A DNA stretch of 61,121 nt, counting the filler. It is 14 parts of 14 records of this genome, joined end to end, with 100 filler letters (N's around TTAATTAATTAA, not from the genome) between each part and the next. Parts side by side here need not be neighbours in the genome. Positions count along the whole stretch, not along the records: positions 1 to 4,793 come from SRR15195285_2782; positions 4,894 to 8,319 come from SRR15195285_2785; positions 8,420 to 15,273 come from SRR15195285_2786; 11 more parts are not named here. The stretch is one strand, 5' to 3'. The position numbers were made by a program, and so were the translations under genes. Under the pieces are notes generated by a model. It was not told the origin of the DNA and did no database searches. It worked only from the letters and a program-made list of their open reading frames with translations. Position 1 is the first letter of the stretch, and the number at the start of each line of letters is the position of its first letter. This document shows, in pieces, positions 1-11,400 of the stretch.

Positions 1-4
1 TACG

Positions 5-2716
5 ATGTGGCAGCACGCGGTGGTCCTTATCCTGGTGCCAGTCGCGGCCATCGAGGCCCTGCTTCCTGCACGGCCGAACATCCTGCATCTGATGGCAGAC
101 GACATGCGGCCGCAGTTGCAGTCGTACGGCCACGCCTTCATGCAAACTCCCCACCTCCAGCGGTTGGCGCAGACGGGTCTCCAGTTCGATTTCGCGTACA
201 CGCAGTACGGAGTCTGCGCGCCCAGCCGGAATAGTTTCATGGTAAAGCACGCCATGCGATGCAACCGCCAGCCCAGTAGCCTACAAAGCCAGCCGCCGCA
301 CTCGGCTCTCACCCTGACGCAGCCCCACACACGGCTTGTCCGTGCAAGCTGCAACACGACTGAGGATACGGGTTGCCGTGCGCGCAGAGCGGCCGCCGCC
401 CAGACCGCACCCGCGCCCTCAACTTTGTCACGACGTTCCGTGGTGCACCAGGCGGCCGGCAGTGGATCGCGATGCCTGAGTGCTTCAAAAGCCAGGGATA
501 TTTCACGAGCGCGGCAGGCAAGCTCTATCACGACGGCATGGACGACGCGCGGTCGTGGGAGTACGACTCCAACCAGACCGCGTGGATCGTCGGGTGTATG
601 AAGGGCGATATCTGCCAGACCGACCCGGCAACTGGCTGGACCAACTACATCGGTTTGACGAAGGAATCGGCCGTGCCCTACACCGACGAGGACCTTGCGT
701 TGACAGAAGGGCTCAAGCGCCTCGATATCGCCCATGCGTCAGGCCGGCCCTGGTGGATCTCGATTGGAGTTCATCGACCGCACGCACCGTTTCGCGTGCC
801 CGAAGGGTTTCACGGTCCACAACTGTATCCGAATGGAAGCATTGATGTGGTGAAGCCACCAGCCTTCCGCTACCCTCCTACGAACTTTGTGTGGCAGGCG
901 GGCAACTGGCACCAAGGGATTGAACCGGCCGCGACATCTGACCTCCACGACGCGTCGCTCGGGTGCCCAACCTGTGTGGCTCCGTTGGCACTTGCAGTGG
1001 AGTGGCGGCGCTGGTATTACGCAGCAGTGACTTGGATGGACCACTCTCTCGGACGGGCACTCACGCGTCTCGAGGAGATGGGCGATGCGACAGCGGCACG
1101 CACCATCACTGTTTTTCAGTGCGTTGCAGTGCGCCAAAGTGACTTCGCAGCGCTTATCAAACTCAACAAACAAACAGTGCTGACAACTAGCGTTGTCGTT
1201 GTCGTTTTGCACTGCAGTGCTGATCACGGATATCAGATGGGCGAGCTGAATGAGTGGGCCAAGAAGACCAACACTGAAGTAGGTTGCCTACCATTCGTTA
1301 TTAGCAAGTGGAAGCGTTGCAGCTGCTACACGATTGCAGCAAATGATTGTACGGTACTGACTGATAATGACTGTCGCAGCTGTGCACTCATGTGCCTTTG
1401 ATAATTCGAGTCCCATGGCTGAGCCACAGCATCGGGCAACGGACCGCCGTACTTGCGGAGTTGGTGGACCTATATCGCACTCTAGCTGAGCTCGCAGGCT
1501 TGAGCGCTGGAGTGCAGGCTTCTGTGCAGGGGACGTCACTCGCTGCGGTGTTTGACAGTCCAACGATGGCGCAAGGAAGCGCCGCACACAGTCAGGGGCT
1601 ACCATCCAAGGCCGCCTTCTCGCAGCACGCGCGGTGCAAATGCCAGAGAGGTCATACCAACCCTCCTGGCTCAGCATTCGATACAGACAATTATACTGAG
1701 TGTGCTTCAAACGCTTGCTGCGGCGTCACTGTGACGGATGCAACATTCGGTACGGGCCCACGAACACCCGCAATTGTCCATGTATAATAGTACCACTGAG
1801 AAGCTCTGGATTTGCCACAGATTATATGGGTTATACGATGCGGACCAGTGACGGTTGGCGATTCACAGCATGGGTACCTTGGAGGTGCGCATTAGCGAAG
1901 TCGCAGCTTACTAGATAATATATTATAGTAGTAGCTACTAAGGCCCTGTTATTGAAACGCCAATCGCGGGGGATGAATTACCTGTGCTCGCTGTTCCTTT
2001 CTGTCAGCAACGTCACGTTGGCCGGCGACTGGACGCGGCTCACACTCGACAGCTGTGAGCTGTATGATCTACGGAACGACACTGGTTTTGACTTTGACTA
2101 CCTACCCTATGCCTCCAACCTCGTGTCACCATCTTTGCCTCAGGTGCGATCCTCCGACCTGTCGTCCTTACTAGTTGGTTGGTTTTTCACAGAAAATTGA
2201 CGACCACTCGCTAATTGATTGCCACAGTACGAAACAGTCATCACGCGGCTGCGAAAACAGCTCCAGACCGCAGTAGAGAGCTGGAATCTCGATCCAGCCC
2301 CACCCGAAAACGAGTGCGATAATACGCTGCGGGAGCTCTGTGGGCGCAAGGGCGACGGGGTGCTTCCAGCTTACGGCGAAGCAGCGCAATGTGAAGGCTG
2401 CGCAGCAGCGAATAGCTTGGCAATGTTGGCGGCAAATTGCAGTAGGGCGGAGGTTGTGCAACGATGTGCACGGATGGATCCACCCGCCACCCCTGAGGCT
2501 TGTGCGCTTCCGAATGATTGGCAGTGCGCGGCTACGTGCTGCAACGTGACAACGACGTGCGTCGGCTGCGCGGCGTGTCAAAGTGTCAAGACTGGTCACT
2601 GCGCCACATGCTGGGAGAACAAGTGCCTGCCTGCGTGCACGCCGTGCTACTACCCACCACCCCCGCCGTTGGGGCCGCCACCGTCGCCATTGCTGTTTAG
2701 TGACACTGAAAATTAG
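5..2716 (+). CDS. Secreted formylglycine-dependent sulfatase (iduronate-2-sulfatase/choline-sulfatase-like) with Cys-rich C-terminal extension; 7 exons
   Basis: Signal peptide, then RPNILHLMADDMRP. Splicing GT-AG introns 242-387, 1119-1217, 1279-1379, 1750-1820, 1885-2007 and 2144-2227 gives CAPSRNSFMSGRRPD (CxPxR motif), GKLYH, HRPHAPF, VFHADHGYQMGE..WAKKTN, HVPLIIRVP, YMGYTMRT and ELYD. Stop at 2714-2716. Confidence 0.92.
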
Positions 2717-2924
2717 ATTGTAAAAGATCTAAATAGCCTCTGTCAAGATTGAAGATATATCTAGGTCCGTGTCAGCGACTCGGCACCAGACCCTCCGAAA
2801 GAGGCCGGGTCCCGCTATCACAACGTAAGAGTGTCTGGCGTCGGATCCTAGTATCACAGCGGGGTGGCGCACAGGCGCAGGTCGTAGCGAATTGAAACCG
2901 TGCAGTGCATTGATTAAGCTGCCA

Positions 2925-4615
2925 TTAGCCAACATACGCATGGCGAGAGAAGCGCACTGCTATCGAGTCCATAGGCGCCACAGTGGCGCTATATGCCGTC
3001 ACATTCTCTGCGACGGTTTTGTGCAAGAATAGATCACGGACGTCAAAAGTGATTCCCAGCTCCAAACCTAGCATCTCTTCCGTGATATTGGCCACGATAG
3101 CAGTCCCATTTTCTTGCTCTCGATTAAAAGCCACGGCTGCAATGTCTCCTGACGCTAGGTGCTTGACCCAAATCTGCAAGGAGATCGACACGTTCATGGT
3201 CGCGCCGTGTGGTGGCCCCGGTGCGTCCTTAGGCGGAGGTGGCGCTTGGGGTGGGACCCAGCTCGTGTTCTTCCCAAAAGGCAGTGGATCCGGCCACTGG
3301 TACACGAGCTTTGCGCGTTGGACATTGGGGTCTTGATTGAGCGCGATAATCTCCTCGTTTCCGATAATGCCTAGGCACTCCTCCGTCATGTTGAGAGGAT
3401 TATTTCCGAGGATAAGCGGCGACGTCATGATACTCCAGATCGCCATCTGACTACGCCACGCCGCGACGCTCAGGCCTTCGTTACACACCTCTAACATGTC
3501 CATCTGCCGTCACAAATGCAGCTGCATGGTCAAGCCAGGCTCATGCGCATGCATAACAGTCATTGTAGACTTACGTCGGAAAAGCTGCCGGGAGCTGTCA
3601 AGTTGTCGTACGTCAGCAGCTGCTGCGAGTCGATCATCGAAAGCATACCGCCTGCTCGCCCTGTCATACCATATCTTGGGCTGTTGTTGCAGTCTGCGAA
3701 TAGGTGACAGTGTCAGAATGAAGAACACACTCCGAAGTAGATCAGCGGAGCGCGACTCACATTCTACCAGGATACCGTTGGCCAGCTCACGCGGGTCCAG
3801 ACCCATCGCAACCCATCCTCTCGTGTTGTACGCGAAACCCGGCACACAGTGTTCGTCCGGAAACGCGTCCTCGTACACATATTGGGGGCAGATTGATAGC
3901 CACATCTTCTTGCCGGTCTTGTTAAGGGCTTCGCGCCAGGTTGCGTGCTGATCCCAGACGCCCTGGTTGGTCATAGAGCGATTGCCTCCACACGAGTCAA
4001 CTTTCACGTATGAAACTCCCCACGCAGCATCTGCGCTCACCGCCGCGAGCTCAGCCGTTCGCACAAGACGACGCCAGTGTACAAGAGAACTCACACTGCG
4101 CAGCGTCCAGGTCTTCATACCCCTCGCTACCCGGTCGGTCCCACCCCCCACACGTGGTCTTCCCCCGGCTGGTGTAAATCCCAAGTTCCATTCCCTTCGA
4201 GTGCAGGTAGTCTGCGACCGGAGCGAGGCCGTCGGGAAACAGGTCAGGATTGACGACGATGCTCCCATTTTTGAGGCGTGGCGTGTTCCTTTCCCAGCCA
4301 GCGTCCAAGTTAAGGAATCTGTAGCCCTTGTCTCGCAGGCCGGACGAGACCATGGCGTCGCATACAGCCATCGCCTCTTTCGCGCCAAAAGTCAGGCCTT
4401 GTCTTGTATGGTTCAGCATCCCAACTGCAGGACGTGAAGCAGTTGATCAGCGCTAGCGACCAGCGGCGCTGGGGGTGCACATCCAACGAGACCTCACAGT
4501 AGTTCCACGTCGAGAACCCCATCGCCGGCAGCACAAAGCCGTTGTCCAGCGCGTCCACGCTCACTGCCGAGGACAGCATCGCGAGAAGCAGCATGTGCCT
4601 GACCTTCCACGCCAT
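2925..4615 (-). CDS. Secreted GH27 alpha-galactosidase/alpha-N-acetylgalactosaminidase-like protein; 5 exons
   Basis: Signal peptide, LDNGFVLPAMGFSTWNYFG, GYRFLNLDAGW, FPDG..VADYLHSKGMELGIY, DAAQYAAWGVSYVKVDSC (nucleophile Asp), DMLEV, WSIMTSPLILG, NEEIIALNQD and a C-terminal beta-sandwich (VRDLF). Introns 4425-4497, 4031-4094, 3694-3760, 3504-3574. Confidence 0.92.
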
Positions 4616-4652
4616 CGCGATCCGACGGTCGTCGGTGCGCACGACGGATTCG

Positions 4653-4693
4653 CTCGCGCGCGCGCGCCGCCCCGGCGCCCGCGCGCGCGCGAG
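4653..4693. promoter_or_regulatory. (CG)n inverted-repeat element just upstream of the GH27 start; similar tracts precede several other genes
   Basis: CTCGCGCGCGCGCG (4653-4666) pairs with CGCGCGCGCGCGAG (4680-4693). Similar CG tracts at ~4921-4966, 18198-18218, 53465-53510, 57408-57500, 57595-57612 and 60821-60860, each 5' of a gene. Confidence 0.45.
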
Positions 4694-4793
4694 TACATGT
4701 CTCATATGTGATATACCTTCTCTAGGTACATGTACCTGGGTACAGCCGTATCTCAATATATTCATACGTATCTTCCGACATGTATTCGAATAC

Positions 4794-4893
4794 NNNNNNN
4801 NNNNNNNNNNNNNNNNNNNNNNNNNNNNNNNNNNNNNTTAATTAATTAANNNNNNNNNNNNNNNNNNNNNNNNNNNNNNNNNNNNNNNNNNNN
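4794..4893. other. Artificial contig-joining spacer (44 N + TTAATTAATTAA + 44 N), first of 13
   Basis: Identical 100-nt spacers at 4794-4893, 8320-8419, 15274-15373, 19936-20035, 24067-24166, 28716-28815, 36644-36743, 40690-40789, 43886-43985, 47024-47123, 50485-50584, 53789-53888, 56889-56988. The 12-mer places stop codons in all six frames. Neighbouring contigs are not necessarily linked. Confidence 0.98.
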
Positions 4894-5040
4894 AGAATTG
4901 AATGGGGCTTTGTGTACCATAGCGGCGGGCGCGACGAGGCGCGCGCGGCGCCGCCCGCGGCGCGGAGCGGGTTGCACTCACCCGCTCGCTGCTCACCGCT
5001 CGCGCCGATGGCGGTCCATCTCCATGGGAGGACTGCCACC

Positions 5041-8000
5041 ATGAGAAAATTTTTCCTCGCTGCCTTCATTGTGAACTCCGTCACCGCGCGCTGCCTGCGC
5101 GGCGACGGACCGGTTGCTGGAAAGCTCAACGTGAGTCTAGTGTATATATAGAGCAGTAGATCTTCTCATCTCCTCCGAACTTACTCTACTGCTATCTCTA
5201 GAGAGTAATCTAGACTAGAGCCAGTCAGAGTACTGCTATCTAGAGTCTGCTCAGACACTCTTGTCACTCCCTGCTTTAGCGTGGCAGGCAAAGACTGCGC
5301 GAACTGACAAGGTCCTCGATTGGTGGAGCAGGTACACCTAATCTCGCATGCGCATGACGACGTTGGCTGGCTGAAGACCGTGGACCAGTACTTCTACGGC
5401 CAGCGCAACGATTTTGCTTCCGCCGGCGTGACGTACTCGCTCGACACGATCGTCCAGGCGCTCGCAGTCAACCCAGACCGGCGCTTCACCTTCGCAGAGC
5501 AGGCATTTTTCCAGCGCTGGTGGAACGAGCAGACCGAGGAACGCAAGAATGCCACCAAGGCTCTCGTTGCGAGCGGTCAGCTGTCGTTCGTGCTCAATGG
5601 TTGGGCACAGCACGACGAGGCCTGCCCGCACTTCATCACAATGATGGACCAAACCGCGCTAGGCAACCGCTTTCTGAAACAAGAATTCAACTTTACGCCC
5701 CGCGTCTCGTGGCAACTCGATCCCTTCGGACATTCCGCCACGCAGGCGGTGCTGCTCACGGCCGGATTTGGTGCCGATTCGATGTTCTTCGGGCGGATTG
5801 ACTTTCAGGACCGCCGCGCACGCCGCATGCGCAGGGCGATGGAATACGTCTGGCGAGCATCCCCGACACTGGGCAACCATGCACAAATCTTCGCAGGAGC
5901 GAACCTCGGCGGCAGCTGTAAGTACAACCATACATGTGCTTTACAATGCATGTGTGACCAGTACTGTTATGTAGGCTAGTACCACGGAGCGTTTTGGGAG
6001 GGTGCGACAGGCTAGGCTATACGATGTGGCCTGACTTGCATGGCGGGTTACAGATGGCCCACCGGACGGCCTCTGCTGGGACCAAAAGCACTGTGAAGGG
6101 GGAGAACCAATCATCGATGATGGCGAGTGCAACATCTTTGAGCCTGACAACGTTTCTCCCATCGTTGAGAAAGCTGTACAGACGGCGCGTGACTACGCCA
6201 ATGGTACCCAGGGTAACAATATTTACTTCATGATGGGCTCTGATTTCCAATGTCAGTACTGTTCTTCGAACTGCACTTGTGCAAGCACTTGTGCTTCGAA
6301 TGTTTGGCAAAACGACCACAGGTGACATGTCTGGTGTTGCGCGCAGATGAGAACGCCGACGAATGGTACATGAACTTAGACAAGTTGATCCACCACGTCA
6401 ACTCTGACGGGAGGGTCAATATGTTCTATTCCACTCCAGAATTGTATACTGATGCAAAACACGCAGAGGGACTAGACTGGTCGTTGAAAGAAGATGACAA
6501 CATGCCGATCTGCCAAGAATACACAAACGACCGGGAAGGGCACGCATACTGGTCAGGGTACTTCTCTACTCGTGCCGCACTGAAACGGAATGTTGTGGAG
6601 AGCAGCGGGTACCTGCAGGCAGCTCGACAGCTCCAGCTCTGGTCGGCACTGCCGTTGCGCTTGCACCTCAACGATAGAAAAAAACGTGCAAGGGTTTTTG
6701 GGGCAAGCCACTGGCAGCCTGAGATGCTCATGTCCGATCTAACACCGCTCGAAATGGCTGCAGGGCTCGGTACCCATCACGATGGCATGACAGGAACATG
6801 CAAGCAACACGTTAGTGACGATTACACCTTGCGCCTCGCAACGTCCTTTACCATGGCTGAGCACGTCGTGGGCAGCGCGCTTAACAAATTGCTTGGGCTG
6901 TCGACCCCATTGGCTCACTGCCGGGCGTGGAACGAGACGAAGTGCAATTTTACTGCAGGACTAGCGCCCACACAAAACTTCAACGTGATTGCGTACAATC
7001 CCCTTGCACTTCATCGCACAGAATTTTTACGCATCCCAATGCAGCACAGCGGCAACTACAACATCCAGCAAAGAGGCACTGCATTTGCAACCGTCGGGAC
7101 GGTTCCCGCACCACACCTTGGTGATGCGCAGTACATGGAATCAAGCGTCTATGGTTCAGTGTTGCCATATGAGCTTCAGATTGTCGTCAGCTTGCCACCA
7201 TTTGGCCTTGAGACGCTGCAGGTGGCTCCCACACCACGCAAAATTCAAAATTCTCAGCAGCCGGCTCGAGCACTGAATGGCACGAACGTCACCATCAGCA
7301 ATGATCGGTATCAGCTTATGTTTGGGCCAGCCGGCACGCTGACGCATATCCTCAACAAGCAGTCAGGAACTTCGCTCCCTGTCGAGCAAGATTTCTACTA
7401 CTATGAAGCTTGCGCGATCCCAGGTAAAGGAGCCGGTCCTTATATGTTCCGTCCCGATGCAAATAAGACACTTCCAGATGGCAGCAATATCCCTCGTGTC
7501 CGCGGGGACTCACCAGTGCAGCTGTCAATGGGCAAGACTAGTGCTGGGATGGAGGTGCGCCAAGTCTTCGCGGACTGGCTGACTCAAATCATCCGGCTGC
7601 CCGCGGGTGATGGTGAAGCGGAGTTTGAGATGGCTATAGGACCAATACCGCTGGATGATGGATTTGGGAAGGAAGTTGTCGCACGCTACTCGACGCCACT
7701 CAAAACTGAGGGGCGATGGCTCACAGACTCGAACGGACGTGAACTGCTGCAGCGAAGGCGCAACTGGCGACCGGACTATCAGGCAGCAACCGCTCGGTTT
7801 ACTGGCGAGCCCCAGGCAGCGAACATGCATCCGATTCAGACTGCAATTACACTACGTCAGGATGGTGGTGCACAGCTCACTGTCACGCCCGACCGATCAC
7901 AGGCTGGAACATCACTTGTGGATGGTCAGGTTGAGCTGCTTGTTCATCGCAGGCTAGTGGCCGACGATGGCGAGGGTGCGGGAGAACCTTTGAATGAGAC

Positions 8001-8319
8001 AGAATCGTACCAGTACATCAAAGCAGGCAATGATGCCGGCCCGACAACGATTGTTCGTGAGGGAAGAGGGCTGATGATCCGTGCGCGGCACTGGCTCAAT
8101 CTGGACAAAGCGGGGACTGCAAGTATTGCATTGGCAACGAGGCAGTTGGCAGAGCGAGTGTATGCACCGGTTGTGGTGGCGTTCGCGCCAGCGGCGGCAA
8201 CAGCCACTCTCGCACAGCACAAGCCACGCAGCTTTGCAGGCGCGACCCCGCTGCCGTCAGCGGCCTCGATCCTTACGATCGAACCCGCTCCATTTGGACC
8301 ATCAGACGGCAAGGCTGCA
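5041..8319 (+). CDS. GH38 lysosomal-type alpha-mannosidase, 3'-truncated at contig end
   Basis: Signal peptide. After intron 5131-5331: VHLISHAHDDVGWLKTVDQY, WQLDPFGHS (nucleophile), MMGSDFQYEN, YWSGYFSTR, HHDGMTGT, TDSNGRELLQRRR, GQVELLVHRR. Further introns 5918-6053 and 6252-6346. Confidence 0.95.
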
Positions 8320-8419
8320 NNNNNNNNNNNNNNNNNNNNNNNNNNNNNNNNNNNNNNNNNNNNTTAATTAATTAANNNNNNNNNNNNNNNNNNNNNNNNN
8401 NNNNNNNNNNNNNNNNNNN

Positions 8420-11400
8420 GGCGCGCACGAGCGCCACATACTGTTCGCCGTGATGAGGTGCAATGGGTGCGTTATTGATACTGGTAAGCATCCCAACAGC
8501 AATCAAACTTTCTTGGCACACACTCTGCTTGGAAAATGCGCAGACAGCGTATTCATATGTAAGCGGTGGTGACAGCATGTCCTGAAAGCCCCTCCACTGC
8601 ACCTGTACACCCGTTTGGCTCAAAAAGCCGGTTGGGCTTACAAAATCCACAGTTCCCGGCTCAGGCACACTGGTGTTAAAATAGCGCACACCTCGATCGG
8701 AAGAGACTGATGTCGAGAGACCCGCATTGTTGTGAGCGGTTACAGTGGCAAATACGACCGTTCCAGATGCCAATGGCGTGGTATGAAAAAGAGTTTCGGT
8801 CACTAATCCTACATCCACTGACGCCATAACTGAGTCATCGTCGGCGCTCAGCCCAAATTTGACGCTGTAGTGCGAGAGTCCACTTTCGCTGTCCACAAAC
8901 GAGCCCCAGCGTGCGTGCAGGAGCGTCATAAAGGGAGACTGTAGCTCGCCAGTGCCGCACAACGTGCGTACATGCGTTTGGCAGTCAACGGCTGAGTCGA
9001 CTGCATACTGCGTCTGATGTGCTGCCCAAGATGGAGTAGCAGTGATAGACGGATCGCACCGCAGTACTTGGTAGTGCGCAGCCCCACAGCTTGCAGCGAC
9101 TGCACCAGCAATGGGTGCTGTAGTGTCTGCGGAGTTTGGCGCGACCACCGTGAAACCATCTGAAGAAATGATCGTTTGCAGCCCGACCAGGTTTGTCCCG
9201 CGTACTGCCGCGAAATATTTGACGCCTAGCTGGAGAGACGCTGCAACGACGACTGGAGCATCGATGGGCACAGCTGCTGCAAACGACACGGCATCATCAC
9301 GACCCGGGAAGGTGCCCAGACCAACTTCGTATGTGTCCTGCATACCCGACTGTTCATCACGAAATGCTGGCAACGGATCTTGCCACGAAATTGTAAACTC
9401 GGTGAGACTGTCGTGTGTGTCATAATCTCCACTTCCATCAACTCCACTTCCATCAACTAGAATTGCCAGAGCATCAGCTGGAGTGTTATCAACCACTGTG
9501 CACTGCGACGTTGAGCTAGCAGTGAGTCCAGCGGTATTTGTCACGGACACGGTGGCAAACACGCAGGTGCCATTCGGCAGGCTGAAATCCGATAACGCGA
9601 TCGGAGCTGTAGTGGTGTTGGCCGTCTGCAGAAGCAGCGAGTGGCCGCCAGGTATTATGTCCAGTCCAATCTGCACTTGGGAAACTGCGCTCTCTGGGTC
9701 TTCGGCGGCCCACCAGATGTGTACGACCTCGTCGCTTGTCATGAACGCTTGATGTTCCAGCGAGGCTCCGATCCACACAAGTGGACCGCCGATTGGGTTG
9801 GCAAATGCAGGAGGGCTGGTATCTACAATAAAGCCATCTGATACTACTCTCACAGTCATTGCGCCCAGGTCAAGGCCGGATGGGCGCCACAAAGGCTCCA
9901 AGGTCGTTGGTCCTGTCAGCACGGAGCCAGGAGCGTTGGTAGCCTCAATCGTCGTGAAGTAGCGAACCCCAGGCGTGAGCTGCACAGTCCGCGCGTTTGT
10001 AGCATTGACATCCCGCCACCGGGGTCGACCCCGGTAGTCCCAGTAGTGGCCAGCATGAGGAATGACAGGTGCAAACGCGACCACATCGTCAGCACCAGGT
10101 GCTGTGCCAACTGCCCATGTGAACTCCAGATGATCATCCGGATGGCCGACTGAGAAGTTTGTCCAGGACACGTGAACGGTGTGTAGATCCCGACCAGCGT
10201 CTGTGTCGACACCGAACACGGGCCCGTCGAACACGAGCCCAGGCTGGATCGAAACGTCGTAGATCTGCGCACAAACGGTGCTTTCAGCGTAGTTGCCCAC
10301 ACCGTTGATAGCACGAACCGTTGCACATATTGACCGAGGAGCTGGTGCGTCAGGAACTGGGAACAGCACCTCAGTTTCTGTTTCTGCCACGCTCACTGCA
10401 GCAGCAGCCTCCGCGTCGGTGTATGGATCAGCTGCATGTACAAAGACAGTGTACTCTTGAATGCCCGACTGAGGATCAGAAAATGTCCACGGAAAGCTTA
10501 CTACAACTAGCACTACATCCGTTGGTGCGTCTGCATCCTCTGGCACGTACGCATAATCAACTATGGTGCTAATCCCGGTTGGTGCGACAATCGGGGGCGA
10601 ATAGTCAACGACTATCGTTGATTGAACGTACAGCTCAACTCCGGCGCCATTAGTTGCTAACATTTCAATAATGTAGGCGAATCCTTCGTCAAGGTCCTGG
10701 CTGCGTGTAACCTGTCCACTTCCTCCAACGAACGGCGTGTAGGAGCCCGTGTATCGCCCTGACAAGGCAGGCTCAGCCGCTTTGAAAATCGAAGCGTGTA
10801 CTGAAACCACTCCGGTTGCATTATCTGTAAACGCAAATGTGGTCTCAATGGTACCTGTCGGTAGAACAAATCGACTCGCGATCGATTCTGCCACAGGTGG
10901 TGTGACATCAACGATGAATCCATCGCTGTCATGAACGGCTTCAACGCCAGCGTTGTTTATGCTAACAAGCCGAAGGAAGTAGCTGCCACCCTGCATCAAC
11001 ACTGCGCTGTCGTCCTGCAGCTGCATGGTTGTAACTTCACGCGCTTGCCCAACAGGCGCCATTGTTTCATTGTCAACGACGACCCACGTGAAGCGCGACG
11101 GGATGCCTGTCTCTGCATCTGTGCATGTCCAGCTGCCCACGACCGTACTTCGTGAAACAGAGAAGTCTTGGTCCGCAACCAAACCATCATGGACTGTACA
11201 GTCAGCCGGAGTAGTGTCGTACACAAAACTGGCCGAGGCAACTGTGCGGAGCCCACCACCATTTGTGGCCCTGAGGATCGTAAAGTAGGTTGATCCGTGC
11301 GTCAGACCTAGCGTGTTCAGACCACGCCACTCGTGTCGAGAGGCATTCTTCTGTACTACAGCGAATGGTACTATGAAATCTGATGTCGCTGCCCGCGGGC

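Noticed and set aside
5-8319. Bacterial polysaccharide utilisation locus (sulfatase-GH27-GH38)
   Set aside because: The genes have spliceosomal introns, there is no SusC/D, and GH38 is on a separate contig.
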